DNA of 64,000 nucleotides. It comes from Protoeuglena noctilucae (taxonomy: Eukaryota). The position numbers and the translations under genes were made by a program. Each line of letters begins with the position of its first letter. Position 1 is the stretch's first letter. Shown one piece after another: positions 1 through 19,110 of this stretch. The stretch spans positions 372,001-436,000 of the forward strand of contig OY253668.1 of assembly GCA_958009085.1 (NCBI GenBank), given 5' to 3'. The notes beneath the pieces were generated by a model. That model saw only the letters and a program-made list of their open reading frames with translations, ran no database searches and was not told where the DNA came from.

Positions 1-179
1 GAGTTCGACGCGAGCGACGCGCCGATGCGTCCGCGGCGATTGGAATCCGTACGTACAGTGTTCAAGCAAATGCTATGTCAGGCCGCCCACGGGGAGGACA
101 GCCTGTGCGCGGCATGACTCGGCGGCCCTGCCACGTTGTGAAAGAAGAGCACCCAGGCGCGCGATTCCTCGCAGCGCTC

Positions 180-1008
180 TCACAGCTCGATCTTGCCGTC
201 CTCCACCAGCGACTCAACCCGGAGAAGGATGAACCCGAAGGCGAGACCCTGCAGGCACGGCACGGCCGCATGCGTGGGCATGCCGGGACGCGCGCAGAGG
301 GCGCAGGGAGTCGCCCCGCCGAGTCATCCACCAGTCGACCGACTGCCGCGTCCATCGGCAGCGTCCAGGGCGGGCCAGGGCCGTCGCTCACCACAAGAGT
401 GATGCCAAACATCACAGCCGACGTCCCCGCGATGAACCCCGCCTCGCCGGCGACCTGCGCCACCTCCACCGGCACAGCCTGCGAAAAAACAGCGCGCTGG
501 GACCGTCGTGAGCGCGCGAGCGCGGCCCGGGGCGACGGGAACGGCCCGCCTGACTCGTGGGGCTTCCTACTACCCCGCACGCGGCAGAAGCAGCAACGCC
601 CGGCGCACCTGCGCGACGATAGCCTTGCGAGCCACCGGGGCGCGAGCCATCGCCGCCGCGGGCGCCAGGGACCTGCGATCAAGACGGATCGATTTCGGCC
701 CATCAGTTGCCCGCCCGCGAGACACCGCGACGGCATGCGGCGTCGACGCGCCGCGCGTTCGCCGCTTCCAGCTGGCTCGCGAGCGCGCCAGCCCGCGCGA
801 CGCGCTGCGGCAGCACGCAATCTGCCCCGTCCCAGCACGCGGGCGCGCGAGCCCCGTTCCCGACCATCCCGCGAAGCGAGACCGGCGACATTCGTGGGGT
901 GGGACCGGTGCGAAGCGCGGCTGCGGACCTGGGAGCAGGCAGCCTGGGGCCGGCCTTGGCCTGGGTCGCCGCGAGGGCGGGGGCCGTCGACGTCAGCGCG
1001 GATGCCAT
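180..1008 (-). CDS. petM: Cytochrome b6f complex subunit 7 (PetM), nuclear-encoded with plastid transit peptide; 4 exons (1008-929, 672-609, 478-392, 248-180)
   Basis: The spliced product is MASALTSTAPALAATQAKAGPRLPAPR-SLAPAAAMARAPVARKAIVAQ-AVPVEVAQVAGEAGFIAGTSAVMFGITLV-GLAFGFILLRVESLVEDGKIEL*. The C-terminal single TM matches the PetM pattern, and all three introns are GT-AG. Confidence 0.92.
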
Positions 1009-1435
1009 CTCTCCCACCACGAAAGTCAAAGCAGCATGGCCGTCCCGCGCGCGGCCCGGCGACGGAAGTGTCCCGGCGAAAAAATCTTGTCAGACCTGGT
1101 GTTTCGATGGCCACGACGCCGGGACGATGAGAGCAAGCGCGTCTCCTTCGCGACCACATTCTCGACGCCCTGATGCCGCGCAGGCGTCTTCATTTCACCC
1201 GCTAGGCTTCGCTGACGGACGCCCTGCTCGCAGCGCAGGCGCGACGCTGAGTTTCTCCTCAGAACATTTGCCTGTCCGCTGAGATTAGGCTTTCGAGTTG
1301 CTCTTGCTCCCGTGCAGGTCTCCCTCTGTCGAGCCGGTCGGCGCAGGCGCTCGTCGCCGCAACTGTCGCTCGTGGGGGTTCCTCCCGCGCCTGGGCCTGA
1401 TAGTTGGCTAGGTTGCGAAGACATCGCCAGCACCG

Positions 1436-7033
<5,598 letters not shown>

Positions 7034-7193
7034 ATGCTAACGATGTCTAAACGCGGTGTCAGTGTGGTCAACATGGCAACGCTATATCGTAGGACTGTCC
7101 CTATGAACCAGCTGAGGAGAAAGGCACTCTCTAAGGGCTCGCGAAATGCACATCGATCGCCTGTGCTCTCGGCCGACGCTAAGGGACCGGTTG

Positions 7194-8369
7194 TCACTCT
7201 CCCAAGTCACCCTCCGCTTTCAAGTCACCCCCTGGCTCCTCCCCGTCAAACACGTCCCATGCTTGGCCCTCGTCCCCGTCCTCGGCCCTCGCGGCGGCCC
7301 TCGCTGCAACCAACTCCGCCCGCTCTGCCTCCGACTGCGAACCGCAAAGGCTGGACAGCCGTAGGCACACGGCTCACTCGAGCGTGCGTGCGCTCCTGAC
7401 GCACAACATGAGCCCTATAATGACGCCCCACACCCATGCATGCCACGCACCAGGGGTACTGCGTTGCGCTTGTGAGTGCGGGGCGGGCGCTCCGCCACGA
7501 CGAACTTGTAGCCGCCCCGCTCGCGCTCGGGGTACGCGGCCCAAAGCGCGAAGTGGTGCAGCACGATGGCCGCGGCGACCGACACGTTCAGCGACGCAGT
7601 CCCCTCGCCGTGCTGGGGAATGTACACGAATCTGCGGACACAGGATAAGGGAAAGGGATTGTGGAGATTGAAGTGTGCTGGCCATGCACCATGCCCTAGT
7701 CTCCCTGCCGTGTCGGCCACCCACCCATCGCAGGCCTCCAGTTGCTTCTCGTTCATCCCAGACCCCTCGTTGCCGAGCATGAAAGCGGTCGGGCCCCGGA
7801 AAGGGTGCGCCGCCACGCTCTCAGCCCCCTCACAGATCTCCACGCCCAGCAGCTCGACCCCCTGGCTGTGCAGCCACTCACGGCACTCGGGCAGCGTCGG
7901 GAAGTACCTGCGAGCGAGCAGCGGGGGCCCGTGTGATACACAGGTGCCGGGGTCGTCGATGCGCCTGCCGACCGTCGACATCAGTGCAGTCAGGCCAGGG
8001 CAGGCAGGGCCTGAACGGCTGCGAGGCAGCAGCGGAGAGGCAAGCCTGCCAGGCCTGCCGCTCGCCTGAACCGCACGTGCTCGTGTGAGCCGTGTGATCC
8101 GAACGTGGAGAAGTGGCGCGAGCCCACGAGGACGACTTCCTCGACGCCGAAAGCGGTGGCGCAGCGAGCCAGCGTGCCGACATTCGCCTTCTGCGGGACG
8201 AGCAGGCTCGCAAGTCACCATCTAGCTCCGCTCAGCGATACACTCGACCCCAAGCATCCACCACCTTTCCGATGTTGTGTATGATCAGGTACATCGGCGG
8301 CCGCCGCGGACCAGCCCCCTCTGAAGGCGCGTCAGCGCAGGCCGCAGCCCGTTCTGCCGTCCTCTCCAT
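7194..8369 (-). CDS. SpoU/TrmH-family (SPOUT) tRNA/rRNA methyltransferase
   Basis: Motifs YLIIHNIGK-KANVGTLARCATAFGV, LLGVEI, AFMLGNEGSGM and FVYIPQHGEGTASLNVSVAAAIVL, followed by an acidic tail ending EGDLGE* (TGA at 7196-7194). Confidence 0.92.
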
Positions 8370-9003
8370 CAGGCACTGCGTCACAAGTGCAGAGGTGTCA
8401 ATGGACGTGGAAATGCTGCCGGCCGGGGGCGGAACGGCAGATGTATTGCACGCAAGAGTTCTGACGCACGTCGTCAGCAAGGCATGTTTGCCGCGAGCGC
8501 ACGCATCCCTGGGCATTCGCTTGTCTGGTGCTTGAGGCCGCGCGTGGGCTGCGTCCGCTTCTTCTTTGCTTCTAGAGTGCTGATGCTCCTGCTTGGCCTA
8601 AACTTTGACCGGAGGAGCTGATGGCGGCGCCAGCCGCAAGCGCAGGGATGACTTCGGCTGCTCAGCTGGACTGGGCGGTTGGGTGTCCTGTCAACGACGT
8701 GACCATGAAGAAAAGCAGCGACGACACGGTGGAAGTGGCGTGCCTGCCGCGCGCCAGCCTTTCTGCAGGCGAGGGCACCCCCTGCGGTCGCTCGCTCTCA
8801 AAGCCTCCACAATCTGTGCTCCGAAGGGGCCTCGCAGGGCGGGGCTGAACGCGCTGCCCCTCCATGCACTCAGAGGTGGACGAGGAGCGCGGCGCGGAGG
8901 GGTGTCCGGCGGACCAGTTTTCTCGCAAAAGCGTTCAGAGCAGGACACGACTGCAGCCGCTGGTGAGCCGCATGTCGGCGCGTCCGCTTCGGGGCCCCCG
9001 TCG

Positions 9004-11000
9004 ATGTTGTGGCCTGCATCTGGGGCTCACGCGTTTGCGCGCTGTCGCCCCTCGCAGCCCGAGATGGTCATCGCGAGGAGCACGAAGGTTCTTGGAATCG
9101 ACAGGAACGAATCGTGCCGCTCCGTGGGCTCCCGGCACGAGACGGCTCCCGGCACGAGGCGGAGTCTCAATCAGGACGAGGGCCGCCGGCCGCGGCTCGC
9201 GGACGAGCCCGGCAGCTACGGACTTTCCATTAGCGCGCACGAGAAGGGCATACGTGACAACGACATGGAGTCCCGCTCGCTCTCGCCGGGCATGTCGAGC
9301 GGGTCGGGCAGGCCCGCGCAAGGGATGCGGGGAGAGGCGCTTCGGGAGGGCGCCGCGGGCGTCGGAGCACTCGGTATAAGGGATTCAGGTGAGATACGCG
9401 ATGCAGGGCGTGCATAGCGAGGCGCTGGGAGCGGCACGGGGCCAGCAAACCACCGACTTGCTCCGACCAACTTGCTCCGTGCCTCCTCCGTGCAGAGCCC
9501 AAGGGCGGGGGGCCCACTGCTCCACCGACAGAGGGCAATCCTCCATCTACCGACGGAGAACAGAGGCCCATGGTCGCTCGGGCGCCATGTCACTTGGCGC
9601 CGTCGCCAGGCTCGCTACCGGGAGGTGAGAATTGTCCTGGGAGGCTTTGCATAGTCTTCCGGGCTCGCAAGTCGCAACTGCCGGCGTCAATCGCACCGTA
9701 GGGTCTCCCGGCGTGTTACGGATGCACGTCGTCACGTGGAACCTGGCGCAAGGCGACGGCATTGCGGACGGCGCGCTGACACGGACCGGCGCCCTGCCCG
9801 ACCTGCTCTTATGCCGGGACGACAGCCCCGGGCTGGTCGTCGTGGGCACGCAGGAGACGAGTCGGTGGGACGAGCTATCCCAAGGCGAGTGTCACACAAA
9901 CGCTGGCATCAGTGCCGATCTGGCATTGCAAGCCATGCGACGGGGTTCGCCTTCCCTCCAAGTGCGCGCAGCGTTCCAAGCTCAGCTCGGGACGGGCTGC
10001 CACTTGCTGACGGCGACACGCGCGGGGGCCCTGGGTCTGTGGCTGTACTGCAGCTCGACACTCCGGCCGCTCGTGCGGGAGCTGCGCACCTCGTCCCATC
10101 TGCTCGGCGTGCGGGAGGTGGTCAATCGCGCCACCAAGGGCGGCGTGGGCGCGTCCATTCGCCTCCGGGGAGGCATGTCGGTGCTGTTGATCAACTCGCA
10201 CCTGCCGGCGGGGGACGGGAAGGCCACGGAGCGCAACGGGGCGTACCACCGCATCAAGCAGGCGCTTTTCGCGGACCTGGCCGCGGAGAGGCGCGCCAAG
10301 AACGCGACCAACGCACACGACGTGAGCGTCTGGATGGGGGACCTCAATTACCGCGTCCGGAGCAACCGCAGCGCAGCCGACCGCGCCCTGGCGCTGGGCA
10401 TGCCCGAGGTCCTCCTCGGCAACGACCAGGTGCGCGAAGGCTCCCAGCGCGGCGCGAAGACGCGCGTTCTGGCCACTCCTGTGCTCGACATGGGGTCGAT
10501 GCATGTCGCAACACCCGGTCGGACACTCGGCCGTGTGTGTCGACCCTCGCAGCTTCACCAGGAGCAGCGGCACAGGCGCGCGTACGTGCACTTCCGGGAG
10601 GCGCCCGTGGCTTTCCCCCCGACTTACAAATACGACATGGGTACCCACGTGTACGACACCAGCAAGAAGTCACGCGTGCCGAGCTGGACCGACCGCATCC
10701 TGTACAAGCCCGCGCTGTCCATCACCCACGAGCAGATCACGTGAGGCTGCGCTTGCCGGCGCGCGTGCACGGCCGGCCCGCTTGCTCGCGGGGCTGCGAA
10801 CCCTAACGCACGGCACGGGGGTGCGTCGCAGGGTCAACCGGTACACCAGCGTCCAGGACGTGACCGTCTCGGACCACAAGCCGGTCGTCATGACGATGGA
10901 CGTCGCGGTCGAGTCGTGGGAGAAGGACTGGAGGGCGCAGGCGGGCATGGCCGAGGACCGCGTGATCGTGATGCGGGGGCTGGGGTGCTGCATCCGGTGA
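9004..11000 (+). CDS. Inositol polyphosphate 5-phosphatase (INPP5E-like); start codon uncertain (ATG at 9004 or 9064, possibly further upstream)
   Basis: Motifs HVVTWN, VVVGTQE, KGGVG, INSHLPA, WMGDLNYR, FPPTYKYD, RVPSWTDRILY and SDHKPV. Cys-containing CaaX-like end GCCIR*. A disordered N-terminus joins through introns 9389-9495 and 9625-9701. Confidence 0.9.
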
Positions 11001-11460
11001 CCGCCGAGCAGGGGATGCGGCTTACGCGTGCGATGCCGGGCGTGCAAGCAAAAAAGAGCCTGCTTTGGTGTCCTGGTGATCGCAGGGCCATCGAGTTCGG
11101 GCCAGGACTGCAGCTCCTCAGGGAGAGGAGGGCGGCCAAGGCAGGGCAGTCCAGGGGCATGGTGATGCCCGAAGAAACATAGCCAACATAGCCTGCCGCG
11201 AGAAAGCTAAGCTTGCGAGAGTGTGTTTCTGGCTTTTGGCGATTCGCCCAAAAACTCTATCGGCGCCCAAGGCGCGTTGTATATTGATCTAAAGTAAGCG
11301 CTCGATCGGTCGTGAGCCTGTTTATACTTTGCCAAGAATTCCAGGGGGACGACTTGTCAAGCACTCGAGGAAACTTGCGCCACCGCATTTGCCTGCGAAC
11401 TTGAGTCGATAAAGTTCGCGTTAGGCCCGACAGCGGGCCCCCAGGGGCCAGGGGGGTGAA

Positions 11461-13526
11461 ATGCAGAGCGGCTGCAGTTGGCCGCACCTGGGCGGGGTCG
11501 TGGCGGGAGGACGGAGAGCCGTCACGCCATCGACGCGCCTTTTCCGAAGAGGCTTTGCTACAGCAGACTGTGTGGGAATCGGGACCCTTAAACCATCAGC
11601 CATCGGGGGAAATCGGGGGACTTTGTGGACGGCAAATTTACAGCCAAGCAGTCCGCTCCGCCGTCGCGCCGTTCCGCTAAGCACGGATGCTCAGGTGGAA
11701 CTCGAGGTGAAAAGTGTTATTGGGACGAGCCTTTGGCCCTCGGACTGTCGCACTACTTCGCCCCCAGCATGCTCGCCCTATCGTGTTCGCCCCATCGCGT
11801 TCGCCCCATTTCGCCAGCTGCATGTCGTGTTCCCCGCCGCAGGACTCGGTCGACGACCAAGGCGTTGTGCCCGACACTCCGCTGCCATGGAAGCGCCGCT
11901 GGACTGTCGTGTGGCTGTGCGCGGCGGCCTTCCTGCTGTGCAACCTCGACCGCGTCAATATGTCAATCGCAATCATCCCCATGGCCCAGCAATACGCGTG
12001 GGACAACACGACCATGGGACTCGTGCAGTCCTCCTTCTTCTGGGGATACCTCGTAACGCAGATCGCCGGGGGTGTCCTTGCAGACCGCATCGGTGGCAAG
12101 ATCGTCTTGGGACTCGGCGTGGTGTGGTGGTCGCTGGCGACCATGCTCACGCCCCTCGCCGCGTCGGCCGGCCTCGTGCCGCTGCTCGCCGTGCGGGCCA
12201 TGATGGGCGTGGGCGAGGGCGTCGCCCTGCCCGCGATGAACGCCATAGCCTCCAGCTGGTGAGGCTGCGCTCGAGGGCGGCTGGTGGATCCTGTGCGTGA
12301 CATACTCAGCCCAGCCATACGGTACATGCCATATATGGCTTCGACTCTGCTACTCCTCAGGGTACCCTCCATGGAACGGTCCAGGTCCCTGGCGCTCATC
12401 TACTCGGGCATGTACGCGGGGTCCATCCTGGGACTGGGCCTGGCCCCCAGCATGTGCAGCAGGCTCGGGTGGTCCTCCGTGTTCGTCATCTTCGGGGTGA
12501 TGGGCGTGGCGTGGGCCGCGGTGTGGAACGCACTGGCGGCCGCCAGCCCGGCGGTGGACAAACGCATCACCAAGGAGGAGCGCGACCACATCCAGGCTTA
12601 CGCGGTGGGGTCGAGCGGGAAGGGGTCTGCCAAAAAGACCCCCTGGCGAGCCATCCTGTCCAAGTCGTCCGTGTGGGCCATCATCGTCGCGCACTTCTGC
12701 CACAACTGGTGCGCCGCACACCAATCTTGCCGCATGGCAGCTGCGACGGCCCTGCGCCTGCCCCATGACGACGCATGCCGCTCTCTGCTCGCGCAGGGGT
12801 CTCTTCATCTTGCTCACGTGGATGCCTTGCTACTACAGCCAAGTACTCGGCCTTGACCTCAAATCCAGTGGACTCTTCTCGGTGCTTCCCTGGGTGGCCA
12901 TGGCCGTCTCAGGTGAGCCATGAGAATGAGAGTGTCAATCTTGGGGCACCAGGACCGTCGAGCTTGCCGTTGATTGAGTAGTTAGCACGAGCAGTCCGAC
13001 GCCGTCATTGTGCTGGGCCGAGGCGGTGGTGCGGCGATGGGAAGAGTGAACTTGCATTGACCGACCGCCAGCTCACCTGGCAACGGCCCGCGCCCCCTGC
13101 CCTGCAGCCAACGCGGGCGGGTGGATGGCGGACGCCTTCATCGCTCGCGGCGTGAGCGTCACTCGCGTGCGCAAGGTCATGCAAACGATCGGCTTCCTGG
13201 GCCCTGCGGCCTTCCTCTCCCTCCTCCCGCTCGTCACGCAGCCCTGGCAGGCGGTGCTGTGCATGTGCCTCTCCCAGGGCTTCGACGCCTTCTCGCAGTC
13301 GGGTCTGTATTCGAACCACGCGGACATCGGGCCCAACTACGCCGGGGTGCTCCTGGGCCTGTCCAACACGGCGGGCGTGCTGGCGGGGGTCATCGGCACG
13401 GCCGTCACCGGGTGGATGCTCAAGAGCTTGGGATGGGCGTGGGTGTGGAAGGTGGCCGTCGCCATCAACGTCGTCGGGGCGGTGTGGTACGCAACCTTTG
13501 CGACTGGGGAGCGCGTGCTCGACTGA
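11461..13526 (+). CDS. MFS anion:cation symporter, PHT4/ANTR-like phosphate/anion transporter, probably plastid-targeted
   Basis: Motifs AAFLLCNLDRVNMSIAIIPM, GLVQSSFFWGYLVTQIAGG, GVGEGVALPAMN, ERSRS, VWAIIVAHFCHNW and GLYSNHADIGPNYAGVLLGLSNTAG; ends FATGERVLD*. Start codon tentative. Confidence 0.93.
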
Positions 13527-13820
13527 CGACCGACACGCGGGGACTGGCAGCCGGCCCGACTGAGCAAGCGGGCGGGTCCGGCGCCGAGCACGTGAGCGCA
13601 GCACGCTTGCGGTTCCCTTTTCCTGATCGGTTCGATTCGCGGCATCGACTCGCCGCACACCGCAGCGAAAAACGCAGCGCACGACGCGTTTCGGATAGGC
13701 CTAGGGCAGCGCCCACTGAATCGTGACGCAGCATCGTGCTGCCGTCTGCTGCGCCCGGGGCGCACGGCCCAGCTATGAATCGGCGAATGCGCGGGCAATC
13801 GACGAGATTCGCCATGTCGC

Positions 13821-16800
13821 TCATATGCTGCAATCCCACCCTGGGAGAATCAACTCGCGCATGATGTTTTTGCCGCCAGGCCTGCGAGCAGAATTCTGAT
13901 ATCTCATTCCCGTCTCGAGCACCGGAGAGCTGTCACGCAACCAGGCGACGCCGATGCTCATGCGCAATGCGAGAGCAAGGGCGATGCCTCGCCTGGGCAC
14001 TCCGGCCACTGTTCTGCAGACCAGGCCCTCCAGGACTGCACGGGCGTCCTGCCCCGCCCGTCTCGCCTCCCTCGCCGCGCCCTGGGCCGCCTTGAAGAGC
14101 GATGCGGGGGTCGGGTACACGGCTGCGACCTTGCTGGCCGTCTCCAGGGACACCCCAGACACCTGGCACAGCGCATGCAGCCACACCTTGCCGACTGCGG
14201 GCAAGCAACACGCGGGGGGCGGGAGTGGAGCGGAGTGGCGCAAGCGCCAATTGGCGACGGCTGCTCGCACTAGGCAACGGGCAGGAGAGGGCCCAGTGGC
14301 TGGCACGGTGGCTGGGCAAACGTCGACGCACCCGTCATGGCCGCTGCATTCCGTATCCGGTCCTCCACGTCCCTCAGGCGCGGGAGTGTCTCCGCGGTTG
14401 TGTTGCTGGTGCCGGTGAGCCCCGCGTACAGCTCCTCGAGCTCCCTCGTCACGCTCGCGTACCACCGCACCGTCTCAGGCAGAGACGCGGTCCTCACCAC
14501 GCTCAGCCCGTCCAGCACCTCGCTGCGGGCGATGGTCGTCAGCATCCGCCGCACGTCGCTCTGCGCGGCGGGTGCGCCCCGCGACCCCAGTTGGCACTCG
14601 TAAGGGTCCCCCTCCACCAGCAAGTAGAGGAATCGCAGGCCTGCAAGCGACGACCGGGTTAGGGTCTCTGGTATCGGCACCGATGAGGGACCTAGCCGCT
14701 GACAAAAGCATGGCCCTTTTCCGCCCTGCGTCGCATTCTCACCCGTGCATCGCATCATGTACTTTTGCTTGGTCAGATGCCCGGTTATCGTCGAGTGGCA
14801 GAGGTCCTGGATGCGCTTGCGCTCCACCAGCCGGTCCAGCACTGCGGGGAGGGTGGCGGGGTGTCCCAGAGTCCAGACACAATCAAGTTCGGGCATTTCG
14901 ATCGCCAGGGAAGCAGGGCCCACCGTCCCAGGCTTGCTGCAGCGCGCCCTAGGTCCCCAAGGACAACCCGACACACAGGCTGTGGCACATCCCCACCCGA
15001 CCCCAGGGCTGCTGCGTCTCAGCAGTTAATCGACGAAACACTCACCATATTCCTCAGTCGGGTTTGTCTTGCTCCTCGCCACCCAGGTGTCGTCGCCCGA
15101 AATCAGCAGCCGGCTCTCGCACTTGACACCCAGAGTGCTTAAGTGCTCATGCACCTGTGGGGCAGCAGGGACAGATGCTCTCTTTCTCAATCCTATGGAA
15201 CAACCCCATGCATGTTACGCCTCCTGAGGTGCACCCACACGGTCCCTGTGCCGCACGCGCTCTCACCCGGCCCCAGCCGCGCCCCCCTCGAGCCGCCTGC
15301 TCCCCACCCTGCGTATGCTCCCCATCCTGCATGGCACGACAACCCAGCGACGCTTGCAGACATATCAGGAGTTCAGACATCGCTGGAGAGGGGTAGTGTG
15401 CAGGGCAGGGCAACTGTCTCGGCCCGCAGAGGCCACGGGAGGTGCGCAGGGCGGTGCAGTGCAGGCGCCTGGCTCGCACTCACCTCGTCCCCACTGTCCT
15501 GGCCCCCGCTGGGCCCGAAGCGTTCCCTGATGTCAATCAACAGCACAATATCGTAGCGGTCCGCGAACCGCTGTCCGGGTCGCAGGGGTGGGAGGCGCGT
15601 GTTGTTCGGGTCCCCCACCGCAGGCAGCGCCCACCCAGAGAAGACATTGCCTGCGACAGCGGCAACGACAGCGCCAGTGAGCCGCCTTTTTGCCAACCGA
15701 AGCACACCTACACAGCCCGGTTGCGTCAGGTACATGACATCGCTGCAGCCATGCCAGCCGCGCCCCCTCATCCACTTGACGCAAACGGTCCAGCGCAAGC
15801 ACATAAGGTATCGATGTGTCCGGATTAGAATCTCACCCATGGGACCTGCCGCGCTCAGGTCTGCGTCTTCGCTGCGCTCTGCTCGCTGCAGCTGCTGCCG
15901 CTGCACCACGCCCGCCACCTCTGGCGCTGCATTGCCCCGGGGCGCGGCCGACAGCGCCCCGCCAGCCCCCGGCCAGTGCACCGAGGGCGCCGCGGCTGCC
16001 TCGTCGAGCTTTGGGAAGGCGAAGGGGGCACCGAGGGCCGGGGCGGGGATGGGGCAGTGCGGGACAGCTGCAGGCTGCACGGCTGCAGGTTGAGAGGGCG
16101 CGGCGGGGAGAGTGTCCGGCAGGAGGGCGTCCCGCGCCCGGCCGCGCACGTCGATGGGCGTCAGGCCAGAGGCCCCCGGCTTCGGAAGGCTGCCCGGGGA
16201 CGGTGTGGGTGGCAGCATGGGGGTGGGGAGCACGGGGGCCTTTGCGCCGGCCCTGCGAGGACGAAGGGCGGGCGCTGAGAAAGCATCGTATGCCTCAGCG
16301 CAAGCACCTTGCTGTGTCGGCGCCGCTCCAGGGGACAAGCGTGGCTCTCTGGAGCCGCGCAGCGATGCTTTGGCCACCCGCAGCCCTCCTCACCTGCCCC
16401 GCTGCTTCCCCGGCCCAGCTGCCGTGCCGGCGTCGGCCCCACGCCGTGCCCGGCCAGGCGTGACCGTGCCATGCCCCGGCACCTTTGATGTAGATGCTGT
16501 CCCAGTCCCATGCTCCCCCGCAGGTCTAGTTGCCCTCGCCGCTGGCGCCCCCGCCGCTGCCACCGTCATCCCGGCTCTCAAAGCCAGCCTCTCCCGGAGT
16601 GGGAGCGGCTCGTCCTCGCTGTCGCTGTCGAGGGTGATTGCCCCATTGCCCCCAGAGTCCCTCGCCGCTGCCCTGCCCCCTACTCCACAGTCACTGTCGC
16701 TGCCGTCCACATCGATCAGGGCCGGCCCTCCGCGTTCCCCCTTGGCGGTCCCCGCGGGCCCTGCTCCGCCGGCGGCCCTCCGCCCAAGCTCCTCCCACTC

Positions 16801-18582
16801 CTCCCCGCCGCCCTCGAACCCCCCGCGCCCCTCGCCGCCTCGCGCCGCCTTCGCCACCGCCTGACGCAGGTCCTGTTCTGACAAGGGCTCTACCTGCCCC
16901 AGGCGCAGGGCATCCAGGTACATCTCCCTCGCCAGCCCCTCGCCCTCCGGAAGCAACTTGAAGTTGCTCCGCCCCTGCTTCAGTACTGCGGGGACCGTCG
17001 GGAAGGACGCGCCTGTGTACCAACGCGCGCCGTGCTGCCGGAACCACGTACCACCACGTCACGAAATGCTGCACTTTCTGCGCGCATCGGTGTCGCTTGC
17101 GCCTCACCGACGGGTGGCGTTGCGTTGAGCAGGGTCTTCATGCAGCTCCAAGCCGTGTAGCGCTGCCTGGGGTCGATCGGGCCACCGTTCACGACCGCCT
17201 GAGTGTAGAAGCTGGTCTTGTGGATCCCCGTCATCTGCGCGGAACCGGAGCGGGCGGTGATACCGATTAGCAGTGCGGCCAACATGACACCCCCAGCGAA
17301 GACCGGGAGGGTCGCAGGTATGGGTTGGGAAATCGCAGCTCACCTCTGCTGCCCTGCATATCTCATCCTTGGTCATAACGTCCTGTCCCCGGCAATGGTG
17401 CACGTAGAGCACCACCAATATCGCGCTGGCTGCCGTGCCCAGGTGGGTGCGGTACGGCCTCTTGGCACGCCCGCCCGGGGCAGCTGCGCTGGCGTCCCCC
17501 GCACTGCCAGCGGGCCCCGCGGCGGAGCACGAGGCACCGGCGCCTGCGAGCGTGCGCAGGGTAGTACTGGAAACTCAGTGCAGGAAAGCTGCAAAGGTCG
17601 GGACCGTGTTGGCACGCTGCGGGCGTCACACCTGCTGCACTCGCGCTCGCAGGCTTCGGTAGGCTCCTGGCGGAGGCCTGCGCGTTTGGCTGGAGGGAGG
17701 GCACGATCACCACGTGGCCGGAGGGGCCAGGGCCGATGGGCGGCCGCGTCGACAGGCCCGTCGCAGTAATCTTGACCCGCTTGACCGCGCTAGGCGCCAC
17801 TTCCTGCAATCCGAGCGAGACCGGACACTCAGCCGCCGCTCAAGGGCATGCGACGCCGAAAGCCTTTCGCCACAGCTGCGCCCTGACCTCAGCAGCTGCG
17901 GTCCTCTTCTGCCCCTTTCCCCCGTCGCTCTGGCTGGTCCCGGCCCCCGGCTCGCTCGCCCGACCGGCATTTTTTGAGCGTTTCGGCTTCGCCGTCGCTG
18001 AAGCTTTCGACGCGGCCTTCCAAGCGTCAAACGCTGCCTTCTGCGGGGAGCGACGCGGGCCTCACCTCCCCGCGCGACAGGAGGCCGGCTGGGGTGGGCA
18101 GACAACGAAATATTGTAAGCAGCTCGCACAGCATCGTGGCGCGTTCTCTCTGCCCCGCACCTCGGCGTCATCAGGCTCGGGCGGGGGAAACTTGCCGAAG
18201 AGCCTTCTAATCAGATGCGCCGTGGTCTGGCCGACTCCGCTCAGCTCTGCGATGTTGGGACATAGAGGGACGTAACGCGCTGAGAAAATGCGGCTCACGA
18301 ATCCGTTTCGCGGCCCCCTCGGCCCCACGCACCCGTGGCCTGTCTCTCGCCCCAAATCCGAACCGGGCAGTCCGCCACCGACTTGGCCGCCTTGGCAAGC
18401 GTGCGGCCAAAGAAACCCGTCGAGGGATCCCCGTTTTGCCCCTCGTCCGCGCTCTTGCGGTAGTTGTCCAGGAAGTGGAAAAGCAGCGCGTTTGCAGGGC
18501 ACTTCAGATTCAGCTGGACACTCTCCTCCTGCGCTTGCTCCAATGCGCGCTCTGCGCAGTCTTCCCACTTCGCGGCCGGCAT
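13821..18582 (-). CDS. MUS81: Crossover junction endonuclease MUS81 (N-terminal HhH, winged helix, ERCC4 nuclease, C-terminal HhH); last exon uncertain
   Basis: N-terminal CPANALLFHFL...LAKAAKSVADCPVRI...LSGVG. WH domain PYRTHLGTAASAILVVL...YTAWSCMKTLL. ERCC4 domain YDIVLLIDIRE, GDDTWVAR, VERKRIQDL and YLLVEGDP. HhH LCQVSGVSLETASKVAAVYPTPASL. Confidence 0.88.
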
Positions 18583-19110
18583 CGCTCGCGGTCCACAGGG
18601 CGGGCATGAGGACCACGGCGCTCAAGTGCCCGGCCAAAGACAAATCAGCGAGCAGCAGCGGGCAAGAAGCAGCCGGCTCAAAGACGTCGGTGAGGAGTGC
18701 CGGGTGCCTGTTTCTCGATGCCACGCGGCCTTCGCTTGACGGGTCGGCCTTGCATCAGGCCTCTGACATCGGGGTAACCGGCATGTGAAGCCCCGCAAGC
18801 CCCTTGCATCTCGAGCATTCCCGCTCGCGAGGGCGTGGCCGTGCGAACGCCGTGGCTGCACCGCGCGGAGGCTATTCGGGCGGTGCACGAGCCCCCGCGT
18901 GCCCAAGACCCTCAGGGGCTCGAATGACTGTCGGTGGCAGGCGCCATGAGCGTGCATAGCTCTTTTTCGCGGCAGAGTAAGCCTGGATGGCTTACCGGGG
19001 GCAATGCCTGGCGCTTAGTCGAGGATTCTGCCCGAGAGACGCAGGCGAGAGTCTTGGACCCCGGTAGGGGACCGCGCGGGCCTTGAGCGCGTTGTCAGTG
19101 ACGTCTCGCA

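Noticed and set aside
18780..19100. Possible structured ncRNA (RNase P/MRP-like GGCTTAC motifs) between MUS81 and seipin
   Set aside because: No matching CR-I partner was found to form the P4 helix. The region is more simply a bidirectional promoter and UTRs.
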